64,000 bases of DNA, from assembly GCA_934271655.1 (NCBI GenBank), contig CAKQRW010000006.1, forward strand, positions 2,604 through 66,603, given 5' to 3'. Shown piece after piece: positions 38,956 to 50,153 of the stretch. Below the pieces are notes generated by a model. That model was not told the DNA's origin. It was given only the letters and a program-made list of their open reading frames with translations, and ran no database searches. A program made the position numbers and the translations under genes. This DNA is from an uncultured Bacteroidaceae bacterium. GTDB lineage: Bacteria; Bacteroidota; Bacteroidia; Bacteroidales; Bacteroidaceae. Position 1 is the stretch's first letter. Every line of letters starts with the position of its first letter.

Positions 38956-41900
38956 TTAGAATGTTGCGCCAAGAGAGAACGACACCGTTCGGGCAAACGG
39001 ATAGTCTATGCCTCGCTCTGCCTTGATGGTAGACCAGCGGAAGATGTCGTTCATGCATGCCTGCACAGTGAGGGCCTGCACGCCCAGCCGCTTGGCCACG
39101 GCGAGCGGAAACTCATACCCCACGTTGAGCGATTCGAGAGTGAGCGTGTTGTCGTCCATCACGAAACGCGATGACTTGTCGGTCTTCTGCACCATAGAGA
39201 TGCCCTTATAGAGAGCTTCGCGGTTGCCTGCGCTCCATCGGTCATAAAGGGCCCGCTTGTCCTGGTTGTTGTACACGTCGGCCGTACTTATATTCTCCAC
39301 CTTGTCGAAGAGCGAGCTGTTGAACTGCTGTCCGCCCACCTGGTAACGGAAATAGCATCCGAAAGAGAATCCCTTGTAATAGAAGGTGGTGCCTATCAGT
39401 CCCTCCACGTCTGGCTCTGTGTCGCCGCATACCACCTCATCGCTCGCATCGTATGTAAATGAGTAGCTGCCGTCTTTCTTGATGAAAAGTTCCTTTCCCG
39501 TGGCAGGGTCAATGCCGGCAGAGCGCACAGCCCATATGGCAGTAGGGCTGCCTCCGTCATAGTATCGTGTGGTGCTGTGTAGCTCAGCCTTTCCACTCTC
39601 ATTGAGCGCGCTGAAGGCGTTGCCTATATTGGCATACTCCGACTTGGAGTGTGTGGCGCTCACAGAGATGTTCCAGTTGATGCGTCTCTCAGGCATATAT
39701 ACTGGTGAGTACTTCACAGTCGCCTCCCATCCGTGAGTCTTCTGCTTGCCTGCATTGAGAGCCTCACTTGTCACACCCATAGACCCAGGTGTGGTTATGA
39801 TGGCAAGCAGCGGGTCTGTATTCTTTATGTAGTAGTCGAGAGTGACATTGAGGCGGTTGCCAAGGGTGGTCACGTCTGCCCCTACATTATAGTTTATTGT
39901 CTCTTGCCATGCCAGCTGCTTGTTGCCCAGTCCGCTCACCACCACTCCTGTGCCAAACACATTGGTCATCAGACTATTGAACATGTAAGTGGTGTACGCC
40001 TGATAGGCAGAGAAGTTCTGGTTGCCCGGATTGCCCACAGAGGCACGCAGCTTCAGCAGCTGAAAGAGTCTGTTGCGCTGCATCCATTCCTCATTGTGAA
40101 TGTTCCATCCCAGTCCAACAGACCAAGTGGTGCGGAACCTGTTGTCTGTGCCAAACATCGAGGCACCGTCGCTGCGTAGATTGACATCGGCCAGATAGCG
40201 GTTGTCGTAAGCATATCCTCCATTGAGATAGAAGCTTGACGCGTGCTTCACGCTCTCCGTATAGCTTGGCTTGCCTCCAGATGGATAGCTGTTGGCGAAA
40301 GATGGGGCTGCAAACATGTCATCGGTGAAGCCTGTGGCTGAATAGCCGTTAGACTTGCTTGCCGTGTTGCTGAAATTGAATCCTGCCACAGCGTTCACCT
40401 GATGTTTGCCTGAGAACAGGCGGCCATATGTGGCAGACACGTCACCCTCGTAGTACAGATACTTCTGCAGGGTATGAGTGAAGAGCCCCTTTTGCGTCTC
40501 ATCTTTATCGTCAAACTGCGTATGCTCCGGTGAGAGGCGTGTGTCTTGCGTGTCATCATACTTGGTGATTCCAAACTTTCCGCGCAGACGGAGGTCGTCT
40601 GTGGCAAACCACTCTGCTATGAAGTTGTTGGTGAATCCGGTGCGCTGCCCCTTGTCATAGTTGTTGAGATGGGCATTCCACAGAGGGTTGGACACAGGAT
40701 TGTCGTTGAGCCCGTCTGCCGGATAATACAGGTATTTATTCACCTTGCCATCGGCTCCATACTTGCGGTAGTAAGGATTGGCAAGAGCATACTCGCTGAA
40801 AGAGACAGCCGGGTCGTTGGTCTCCAGATAGTCGACAGAGAGCTTGTTGCTGAACTGGAACTTGCCCGTGCGGTACACAAGGTCGATGTTTCCTCCGAGA
40901 GTCTCACGGTCCGAGCCCTTCATCACTCCGTTCACCATGCCATAGTTAAGTCCTATGCCATAGCGTATGTTCTGCTCGCCTCCCTCCGCGTATATGTTAT
41001 GCTTATGGGTGAAACCCGTGCGCAGAGGCACTGAAAGCCAGTAGGTGTCTACGCCCTGCTCTATCTCACGCAGCCTGGAGTTGTAAAGATCGTCGAGCTT
41101 GATCTGGTTGAAAGGGTCATTGGTGTTGTCGCGATACACGCCTGCCAGCCTCTCAAACTCCAGTTTCTCACGGGAGTTCATCAGGTTGTAGTCCGTCAGG
41201 TCAGCAAAATCCAGAGAGTAGTCTCCCTTATACGACACCTGCAGCTTGCCCTTCTCCGGCACCTTCGTCTCGATGACCACCACGCCATTGGCCGCCTTCG
41301 AGCCATAGATGGCTGTGGAAGCGGCATCTTTCAGAAGGGTGACAGATGCCACACGGTTCATGTTAAGGTTCATCACAGTCTCAAGCGTTGTCTCGAAGCC
41401 GTCAAGGATAAACAGCGGCTGGTTGGGGTCGGTGCCATACTCTTCCTTGAATCCCACCACGCTCGACTTGCCCCTTATCTCCACATCAGGCATCTTGTTA
41501 GGATTGGATCCTGTCAGGTTATTGTCCATTATCTTGAACGAGGGGTCGAGTGTCTTCAGGCTCTGCAATATGTTTTGTGCTCCCACACTCTTCAGCTCCT
41601 CTATCTTGAAGGTGGTGGAAGAGCCTGTGAAACTCTCTTTCTTGCGGCGGTAGACACCAGTCACCACCACATCCTTTATATCCTGTGCCTCCACCTTCAT
41701 CACTACCTTGGCAAATGCCGCGCCGTTCTTTCCGTCATAGCGCACAAGCATCTTTTTGTAGCCGATGAAGGAGAAGACGATGTTGCATCCAGCCTTTTCG
41801 ACAGGCAGGGAGAAACGGCCATCCACATCGGTAGCCACGCCCTGCGATGTGCCCTCTATATAGACAGCCACACCTGGCATAGGCTGGCCGTCCACCTCAT

Positions 41901-42075
41901 CATACACCCTGCCCTTCACCACAGCAGGCTTGGCATCGGCTGCATGGAGCGCATGGCCAGGAGCAGAAGTATCTGTCTGGGCACAAGCATCGCTTACATC
42001 AAGCGGCGACAGGCAGGCAAGCGCCATAAGCCACCTGGCTGTGAGGATGCTCATATTACCTTTATCCATAAACAT
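38956..42075 (-). CDS. SusC/RagA-family TonB-dependent receptor
   Basis: 1039 aa. CarboxypepD_reg domain (VKGRVYDEVDGQPMPGVAVYIEGTSQGVATDVDGRFSL), a plug, and a long barrel ending in ...FSLGATF. Confidence 0.93.
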   Translation of the reverse strand: MFMDKGNMSILTARWLMALACLSPLDVSDACAQTDTSAPGHALHAADAKPAVVKGRVYDEVDGQPMPGVAVYIEGTSQGVATDVDGRFSLPVEKAGCNIVFSFIGYKKMLVRYDGKNGAAFAKVVMKVEAQDIKDVVVTGVYRRKKESFTGSSTTFKIEELKSVGAQNILQSLKTLDPSFKIMDNNLTGSNPNKMPDVEIRGKSSVVGFKEEYGTDPNQPLFILDGFETTLETVMNLNMNRVASVTLLKDAASTAIYGSKAANGVVVIETKVPEKGKLQVSYKGDYSLDFADLTDYNLMNSREKLEFERLAGVYRDNTNDPFNQIKLDDLYNSRLREIEQGVDTYWLSVPLRTGFTHKHNIYAEGGEQNIRYGIGLNYGMVNGVMKGSDRETLGGNIDLVYRTGKFQFSNKLSVDYLETNDPAVSFSEYALANPYYRKYGADGKVNKYLYYPADGLNDNPVSNPLWNAHLNNYDKGQRTGFTNNFIAEWFATDDLRLRGKFGITKYDDTQDTRLSPEHTQFDDKDETQKGLFTHTLQKYLYYEGDVSATYGRLFSGKHQVNAVAGFNFSNTASKSNGYSATGFTDDMFAAPSFANSYPSGGKPSYTESVKHASSFYLNGGYAYDNRYLADVNLRSDGASMFGTDNRFRTTWSVGLGWNIHNEEWMQRNRLFQLLKLRASVGNPGNQNFSAYQAYTTYMFNSLMTNVFGTGVVVSGLGNKQLAWQETINYNVGADVTTLGNRLNVTLDYYIKNTDPLLAIITTPGSMGVTSEALNAGKQKTHGWEATVKYSPVYMPERRINWNISVSATHSKSEYANIGNAFSALNESGKAELHSTTRYYDGGSPTAIWAVRSAGIDPATGKELFIKKDGSYSFTYDASDEVVCGDTEPDVEGLIGTTFYYKGFSFGCYFRYQVGGQQFNSSLFDKVENISTADVYNNQDKRALYDRWSAGNREALYKGISMVQKTDKSSRFVMDDNTLTLESLNVGYEFPLAVAKRLGVQALTVQACMNDIFRWSTIKAERGIDYPFARTVSFSLGATF

Positions 42076-42125
42076 TTTTCTTTTTTATCTGCGATATATA
42101 CTAATGTAAAGCAAGCTTTCACATG

Positions 42126-42133
42126 CAAATTTA
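42126..42133 (-). promoter_or_regulatory. -7 box TAAATTTG (SusC operon)
   Basis: Plus strand CAAATTTA, about 50 nt upstream of the ATG at 42075. Confidence 0.45.
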
Positions 42134-42315
42134 AGCATTATTATCATATAGTCGGCCCTACCGATGGATATATTTAAGCTACCGCAGTCTTTTTGGGCAT
42201 TTTAAAAGATTTCCATATGATTGTTCGAGCCATCCACACCGCATGCAGAAGCCGCTCTCCGCCATGGCTTTCCATCTTCCAGCCACATGCGACAACAAAA
42301 AAAGGAAGAAGAGCC

Positions 42316-43452
42316 TCAAAGGCTCTCCTTCCATTGTTTGGGCGACATGTTTGTTCTCGCCTTGAATATCTTGTAGAGGTGGGCATGTGATGAGAAGCCA
42401 CACTCTGATGATATCTTCTCATTCTTGACATCTGGTGTTTCCCTGAGTAGGCGCTGGGCCTCCGTGAAACGCACATCGCTGAGCCATGTGCGGAAGCTGC
42501 GGTGCACGTGTTTCTCAAAATAGACAGAAAGCTCCTTGCGCGGCACATTGATGCGGCTTGCCAGCGTCACTATGTCGATGGCGCTGTCGCGGAATCCGCC
42601 CGACTTGCACCATATGTCAAGCCGCATGCCTATTTCCTTGGCCCTTTCATCACTTAGGCTGTCGGTGCTGAAGATGGAAAGCAGTCCCTTGCTCTCGCCT
42701 GAAGAGAGCACCCTCTTTGTCACGTCGGGCGAGCCGTAATCGCCAACCAGTTCGTCTGAGGGAATGATGTTGAAGCCTAAGGCAACAAAGCTTATCACAT
42801 AGAAAGCCAGGCAGACCAGCACCGCCGGACCCACTATCAGGAGCATGCCGCGGTTGGTCAGGGAGAGGGCGAGCATGATGCTTGAGCCTGCCATAAGCAG
42901 ATAGCTTGTGCCTATATAGCGGTTGTATGGCAAGATGTCGGAACCTGTCACCGACTCGAATATCTTTCTGCGCCGCCATATCTCCCTAACTGGGGATATG
43001 CACAGATAGACCACATACAGCATGAAGATGCCAACCATGACATGCTGCATCCAGCCTATGCGCAGGCTGCCATTCCGCCAGCATCCCAAGCCAAAGACGA
43101 TAGCTATGAGCGCATAGACCAGAAATCCGAGCTCAAGAAACTTCAGCGATGTGTTTTGCGAGCATTGCAGGCTTAGGATGGAATAGAAGATGGTGAAGGC
43201 CACAGGCACGTATATCATGATGTTGATGGCTCCGCCCACCTCGTCTCCTGAGTTGTAGAAGCAATATTTGAGTTGGAAGAAGAAATGGGCTGACAGTATC
43301 AGCATCGTGGCAAACAGCAACCATCTTGACCGCTCATACCTGTGATTGACCCATCGGATCTGCAGGCGTGAGAAGGCAAGTATAAGTGCCATCAATAGCG
43401 TGCTTCCGAAACAGCTCATGTGCAACAGAAACATTGAATCGAAACTATCCAT
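42316..43452 (-). CDS. membrane-embedded AraC-family transcriptional regulator
   Basis: 378 aa. About 6-7 hydrophobic helices in the first 230 aa. C-terminal AraC HTH (FTEAQRLLRETPDVKNEKISSECGFSSHAHLYKIFKARTNMSPKQW). Confidence 0.8.
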   Translation of the reverse strand: MDSFDSMFLLHMSCFGSTLLMALILAFSRLQIRWVNHRYERSRWLLFATMLILSAHFFFQLKYCFYNSGDEVGGAINIMIYVPVAFTIFYSILSLQCSQNTSLKFLELGFLVYALIAIVFGLGCWRNGSLRIGWMQHVMVGIFMLYVVYLCISPVREIWRRRKIFESVTGSDILPYNRYIGTSYLLMAGSSIMLALSLTNRGMLLIVGPAVLVCLAFYVISFVALGFNIIPSDELVGDYGSPDVTKRVLSSGESKGLLSIFSTDSLSDERAKEIGMRLDIWCKSGGFRDSAIDIVTLASRINVPRKELSVYFEKHVHRSFRTWLSDVRFTEAQRLLRETPDVKNEKISSECGFSSHAHLYKIFKARTNMSPKQWKESL

Positions 43453-43724
43453 TCCAAAAAACTTCTTTCTTCTTTACTTATTCGTGAATTATTTCATTGA
43501 TTTCACGGTACAAAGGTACGGCATATTTCCCATACGCACAACTTATAATGTTTTTATTTATTAAAACACATAAAAAAAGGCATGAAAATGGTATATTCAC
43601 ACACAAACGAAAACAAACAGAACAAAAAAGGAGCATGACTGCATTCAGCCATGCTCCCCCAACATATCTATGTGGTTTTTACTATTTTCTTGCTGTCGGG
43701 CAGGGTCACCGCCTGATGCAACTA

Positions 43725-45392
<1,668 letters not shown>

Positions 45393-45457
45393 TCACATTT
45401 TATTATATTATTATTGATGCAGAGTGTTATGATTGAGCTGAACAGAACGCCAGGACA

Positions 45458-45730
45458 CTACTTGATGATGGCCAGCACATCGCTTTGGCGCATCATGAGA
45501 TATTTCTCTCCTTCGTATTCTATCTCTGTGCCAGAATATTTGCCATAGAGCACCTGGTCGCCAACCTTGAGAATCATGTCCTCATCTTTTGTGCCATTGC
45601 CTGTGGCTACTACCTCGCCCTGAAGCGGCTTCTCTTTGGCTGTATCTGGGATGATGATACCGCCTACAGTCTTTTCTTCTGCAGGCTTTGGGAGTACGAG
45701 TACTCTGTCTGCTAATGGTTGAATGTTCAT
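45458..45730 (-). CDS. groES: co-chaperonin GroES
   Basis: 90 aa. [14 protein letters not shown]...[13 protein letters not shown]. Confidence 0.97.
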   Translation of the reverse strand: MNIQPLADRVLVLPKPAEEKTVGGIIIPDTAKEKPLQGEVVATGNGTKDEDMILKVGDQVLYGKYSGTEIEYEGEKYLMMRQSDVLAIIK

Positions 45731-45957
45731 AGTCTTTATGTTTTTAAGTTTTTTACTTTGACAGTCTGGACTGGCGTCTTAGCGTCATGTGTCCGGTTTT
45801 ACAGAATAGCAAATGTTGTACCAGCGTGGAGCGGCTGACAAAGAGTCCAGCAGACTGTGACAACGTGTCATGTGCATTGGCAGTAGCGGCGCTTGGCCTT
45901 CGAGGCATGGACACGCCTGCATCGAAAGCCTATTAGTGCCATGCTCTCATTGGCATA

Positions 45958-46068
45958 CTTAGGATTGCTGATGCTTTTCCTTAGGATTGCATGTGCTTTT
46001 CCTTAGGATTGCATGTGCTTTTCCTTAGGATTGCATGTGCTTATCCTTAGGATTGCTGAGTGCTTACC
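45958..46068. repeat. tandem repeat, 5 copies of a 22-nt unit CTTAGGATTGCATGTGCTTTTC
   Basis: Unit boundaries are 45958, 45980, 46002, 46024 and 46046. Copies 2 and 3 are identical. Lies in the divergent groES/GH43 intergenic region. Confidence 0.95.
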
Positions 46069-46189
46069 ATCTGGGGCTCTTTTCATATATATAGCAGAGA
46101 CTTAGTTTATTCTCAATGCCAACAGCAGGTCTACAGAGATTTTCTTACAGTTTTTCGCAGCAACAGATGTACAACTCAGTATTTTTTCT

Positions 46190-46197
46190 TAATTTTG
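46190..46197 (+). promoter_or_regulatory. -7 box TAATTTTG (GH43)
   Basis: Matches TAnnTTTG, about 110 nt upstream of the ATG at 46306. Confidence 0.45.
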
Positions 46198-46305
46198 CAG
46201 TCTTATTGCTTATCACTAGCATTCTGACACACTGCTATGCACACGGTGAAATAAGCTGTCATTTCAATACCAATTATATTAACTAACAAACCATTTTTTT
46301 AACTT

Positions 46306-49191
46306 ATGAAGAAAATATCTTTATTGCTGCTTATCGCACTCGCGCTTACCATGCAGGCGTTTGCCCAGAAAAAGAAAGCGGACAAAGCAGCCTTCACAGG
46401 CTACCTCTTCGCCTACTTCGAGGGAGGAGGCGATGCCAAGCAACAGGAACAACTTCGTTTTGCCATCAGCGAAGACGCAAAGAACTGGTATGCGCTGAAC
46501 GGCAACCGCCCTGTCATCGCAAGCGACACCATAAGCAACAGCGGAGGCATACGCGACCCGCACATACTGCGCGGCGATGACGGATGCTACTACATCGTGG
46601 CCACGGACATGATGGTGGCCAAGAACGGATGGAAGGACAATCCTGGAATAGTGATGCTCAAGTCTAAAGACCTGGTCAACTGGACACACGGCAAGGTGCA
46701 TCTCGCCAAGGACTGGCCTGCCTTCAGCGACGCATACTGGGTGTGGGCACCGCAGACCATCTACGACCGCAAAGCTAAGAAATACATGGTGTATTTCACG
46801 CTGCAGCGCACAGGCGACGGACGCAAGAGCCTCATCACATATTACGCCTATGCCAACAAAGACTTCACTGGTTTCGAGAACGAGCCTAAGCCTCTCTTCG
46901 CAGCCAAGTACGGCTCTATCGACAACGACATCATACTCAAGGACGGCACCTATCACCTGTTCTACAAAGGCAACACCAAGGATGAGAACGGCAAGGAGGT
47001 GAAAAACGGCATACAGCAAGCCACTTCCAAACGGCTCACAGGCCCATACAAGGAAGACTTCAAGTATCTTGACGCCTATGCTGACACAAAGACTGGCGTG
47101 GAAGGCAGCGGAGTGTTCAAGCTCAACGACAAGGATGAGTATGTGCTCATGTATGACCTCTATGGCTCGGGACGCTATGAGTACCAGACATCAAGAGACC
47201 TCATCACATTCACGCAGAAGCCGCAGTCGTTCCGCAAAGACTTCTTCCCGCGTCACGGCACCGTCATGTCTGTCACATCCGATGAACTGGAGAGGCTGCA
47301 GAACAAATGGGGACACGTGCTGAAGCATGACTTCGTGAGCGACGGCAATCCCATCATACGCGACAAGCACACGGCCGATCCTGCAGTGATGGTTGAGGGA
47401 GACACGCTGTGGCTCTTCGCAGGACACGACATGGAGGGCGGACAGAAGGGCTACGTCATGAAAGACTGGCTGCTATACTCCACCACAGACATGAAGCACT
47501 GGACCGAATATCCCTCACCGCTGCACATAGACGATTTCAAATGGGCTAAAAGCAAGCAGGCCTACGCTGGACACGTGGCCAAGCGCAACGGAAAATACTA
47601 CTGGTACGTGTCGACCAACTGGTGCGGCATCGGTGTCGCTGTGAGCGACAACATCACAGGCCCATACAAGGATGCCATCGGCAAGCCGCTCCTCACCAAC
47701 GAAGACTGCTTCGCCTCCAAGCACAACTGGGCATGCATCGACCCTGCCATCTTCACCGACGATGACGGCACACCATACATCATATGGGGCAACAGGGAGT
47801 GCTATTACGCCAAACTGAAGGACAACATGACAGAGATAGACGGTGAGGTGCACCGGATAGACGTGCCAAACTTCACAGAGGCGCCATGGGTGCACAAGCG
47901 CAACGGCAAGTATTATCTCACTTATGCCTCTGAATGGCCAGAGAAGATTGCCTACGCCATGAGCGACAACATAGGAGGACCCTACACGCCAATGGGCATC
48001 ATCAGCGAGATAGCAGGCAATTCCAACACCACTCATCCGGCCATCGTACAGTTTAAAGGACAGTGGCTCTTCTTCTCACACAACGGAGGCCTGCCCGACG
48101 GCACAAGCTACAGCCGAAGCGTCATCGCCGAGCCTATGGGCTACGACAACGACGGCCGCATCAACCCTATCCCAGCCACAGCCAAGGGCGCTGCCGGCAT
48201 ATTTGACTCAAGCAAGCAGGAGTTGAGCGCATACCTGATGGTGTACCATAAAGACCAAGACCACGGACTGCATATGGCCATCAGCCGCGATGGCTACACA
48301 TGGACAGCGCTCAATGGCGACAAACCCATCTTTGATGGCGACACCATAGCCACACAGCATGGCATACGCGATCCCCATATCTTCCGCGGGCCCGACGGAG
48401 CTTTCTATCTCTCAATGACTGACCTGCACGTGTTTGGCCAAAGAGACGGAAAGCGCAAGACGGAATGGGAGCGCGACGGCAAGAAATATGCGTGGGGCAA
48501 CAACCACTGCCTCGTGCTGATGAAGTCATATGACCTCATCAACTGGACACGCGCCAGCATCGACTTCCTCACCCTGCCAGACCAAGAGGACATGAAATGG
48601 TCGGAGGTGGGATGCACGTGGGCTCCGGAGACTGTCTATGACGATGAGAAAGGCCAACTGATGATTCATTTCACCACACGCCAGGGAAACGGCAAGAACA
48701 AGATTTACTACGCATACGTGAACAATGACTACAATGCCATCATCGGCCAGCCAAAACTGCTGGCAGAAGCTCCAGGACAGGCGTACAACATCATAGACAG
48801 CGACATCATACGAGTGGGCGACACTTACCACCTCTTCTATGTGAGCCACGAGAAAGGCGCTACACCTAAGCACGCCACATCAAGGCACCTGACAGGTCCT
48901 TACACGTTTGACAACACATACCAGGACGGCGAGCGACGCGGCCATGAGGCTCCCAACTGCTGGAAGAGACTTGGCACAGACACTTATGTGGTGATGTATG
49001 ACAACTACAGCGTGAAGCCTATGAACTTCGGCTTCGTGGAGACACGCGACTTCTTCACATACACTCCCGTCGGCTATTTCGACGCTCCAGGCTCACCGAT
49101 GAAGCGCACCAACTTCAGCGAGCAAAAACATGGCGCTGTCACATACATCACGGAGGAAGAAGCTGAAAGGCTGGAAAAAAGATGGAAATAA
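46306..49191 (+). CDS. secreted multi-domain GH43-family glycoside hydrolase (three beta-propeller-like modules)
   Basis: 961 aa with a signal peptide. The central module has GH43 hallmarks (HTADPAVMVEGDTLWLFAGHD, YWYVSTNW..GIGVAVSDNITGPYKD). The first and last ~300 aa are paralogous to each other (GGIRDPHILRGDDGCYYIVATDM vs HGIRDPHIFRGPDGAFYLSMTDL). Confidence 0.8.
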   Translation: MKKISLLLLIALALTMQAFAQKKKADKAAFTGYLFAYFEGGGDAKQQEQLRFAISEDAKNWYALNGNRPVIASDTISNSGGIRDPHILRGDDGCYYIVATDMMVAKNGWKDNPGIVMLKSKDLVNWTHGKVHLAKDWPAFSDAYWVWAPQTIYDRKAKKYMVYFTLQRTGDGRKSLITYYAYANKDFTGFENEPKPLFAAKYGSIDNDIILKDGTYHLFYKGNTKDENGKEVKNGIQQATSKRLTGPYKEDFKYLDAYADTKTGVEGSGVFKLNDKDEYVLMYDLYGSGRYEYQTSRDLITFTQKPQSFRKDFFPRHGTVMSVTSDELERLQNKWGHVLKHDFVSDGNPIIRDKHTADPAVMVEGDTLWLFAGHDMEGGQKGYVMKDWLLYSTTDMKHWTEYPSPLHIDDFKWAKSKQAYAGHVAKRNGKYYWYVSTNWCGIGVAVSDNITGPYKDAIGKPLLTNEDCFASKHNWACIDPAIFTDDDGTPYIIWGNRECYYAKLKDNMTEIDGEVHRIDVPNFTEAPWVHKRNGKYYLTYASEWPEKIAYAMSDNIGGPYTPMGIISEIAGNSNTTHPAIVQFKGQWLFFSHNGGLPDGTSYSRSVIAEPMGYDNDGRINPIPATAKGAAGIFDSSKQELSAYLMVYHKDQDHGLHMAISRDGYTWTALNGDKPIFDGDTIATQHGIRDPHIFRGPDGAFYLSMTDLHVFGQRDGKRKTEWERDGKKYAWGNNHCLVLMKSYDLINWTRASIDFLTLPDQEDMKWSEVGCTWAPETVYDDEKGQLMIHFTTRQGNGKNKIYYAYVNNDYNAIIGQPKLLAEAPGQAYNIIDSDIIRVGDTYHLFYVSHEKGATPKHATSRHLTGPYTFDNTYQDGERRGHEAPNCWKRLGTDTYVVMYDNYSVKPMNFGFVETRDFFTYTPVGYFDAPGSPMKRTNFSEQKHGAVTYITEEEAERLEKRWK

Positions 49192-49337
49192 AGAGCAGGT
49201 GACCTTAATTATTCACATACCTGACGTGCCTCGGCAGGGGACATGCTGGATAGGTGCGCCTGCTTAGCACTTTTATTTAAATTAGCACCTATGGTCATAA
49301 TAGAGGCATCGTGTTCAACACAGCTTGCCTGCAACAA

Positions 49338-49378
49338 AGAGAATGCCTGAAAGCAATAATTGCTTCCAGGCATTCTCT
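49338..49378. terminator. hairpin downstream of the GH43 gene
   Basis: AGAGAATGCCTG..AAGCAAT / ATTGCTT..CAGGCATTCTCT, a long imperfect stem with no clear T-run. Confidence 0.5.
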
Positions 49379-49718
49379 CTGTTCGGTAGCATCAATGAAC
49401 TATTATATTCATTTAATTAGTTCTTATTCTTTTAAAAACTCTATGTTGATATTTATAGCCAGTTGACAATGTGTGCAAATAGGTTATCTATGCTTATATT
49501 CAATAGATTACGTATGTCAAGAATGTGGCAATAACCTATTGAAACATTGATGAAAAGAAATAATAACTTTTCTTTGATATATGAAAAGCTATTGCACTAA
49601 AATAAAATTCAAATATGCAAGGAAAGTTATTAAAAGTTGTTTGTGACTTATAATGCAGATATTAACAGGATTATCAATATAGTTATCAACAACAAAGGCT
49701 TGCCCATCGTTGCCATCA

Positions 49719-49910
49719 CTATCTGAGTAACTCTGCAAACCTCTGTTTGATAGCAAGTTTCACACTATCACTCTCCCCTTTCAAATACGTGTCGAGAATC
49801 TCCTCCAAGGCCTTCTCAGCCTTCATCCTCATTTGGGCTTTTCCAGCCCTCAATCCTGAGGACAACTCTGTTTTTGGCAGGAGTTGCCTGTTGAAATTAC
49901 CATCGCTCAT
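49719..49910 (-). CDS. small hypothetical protein (63 aa, helical and charged)
   Basis: The ORF sits as a G+C-richer block inside an AT-rich gap (by eye). A perfect 8-4-8 palindrome lies 27-46 nt upstream of its ATG. No recognisable family. Confidence 0.4.
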   Translation of the reverse strand: MSDGNFNRQLLPKTELSSGLRAGKAQMRMKAEKALEEILDTYLKGESDSVKLAIKQRFAELLR

Positions 49911-50099
49911 GGGTACTTGTCTTTATTTGCCATATATGTCAACAATACTGTTGACAGAATGTTCACAGTTGTTATTGATATTTGTGGATAAGTATGTTGA
50001 TACTGTTCTAATGTGATGCAAATATAGTAAAATTAAATGATATAGCAAAGAATTGATAATTAAATCTTTTCTGAGTTTGGTTCATTGGAATAATTTCAC

Positions 50100-50107
50100 T
50101 ACTTTTG
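50100..50107 (+). promoter_or_regulatory. -7 box TACTTTTG (ribD)
   Basis: Matches TAnnTTTG, 47 nt upstream of the ATG at 50154. Confidence 0.5.
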
Positions 50108-50153
50108 CAATTGTTGATAAGTAATAATAAGTACTGATGATAAACATATCAAT

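Noticed and set aside
45731-45957. CIRCE (TTAGCACTC-N9-GAGTGCTAA) heat-shock operator upstream of groES
   Set aside because: No match was found. The nearest look-alike, TTAGTGCC-N9-TTGGCATA, is not an inverted repeat.
49911-50153. FMN (RFN) riboswitch upstream of ribD
   Set aside because: The leader is AT-rich and lacks any of the conserved G/C-rich RFN helices. The -7 box lies only 47 nt from the ATG, which is too short for the aptamer.
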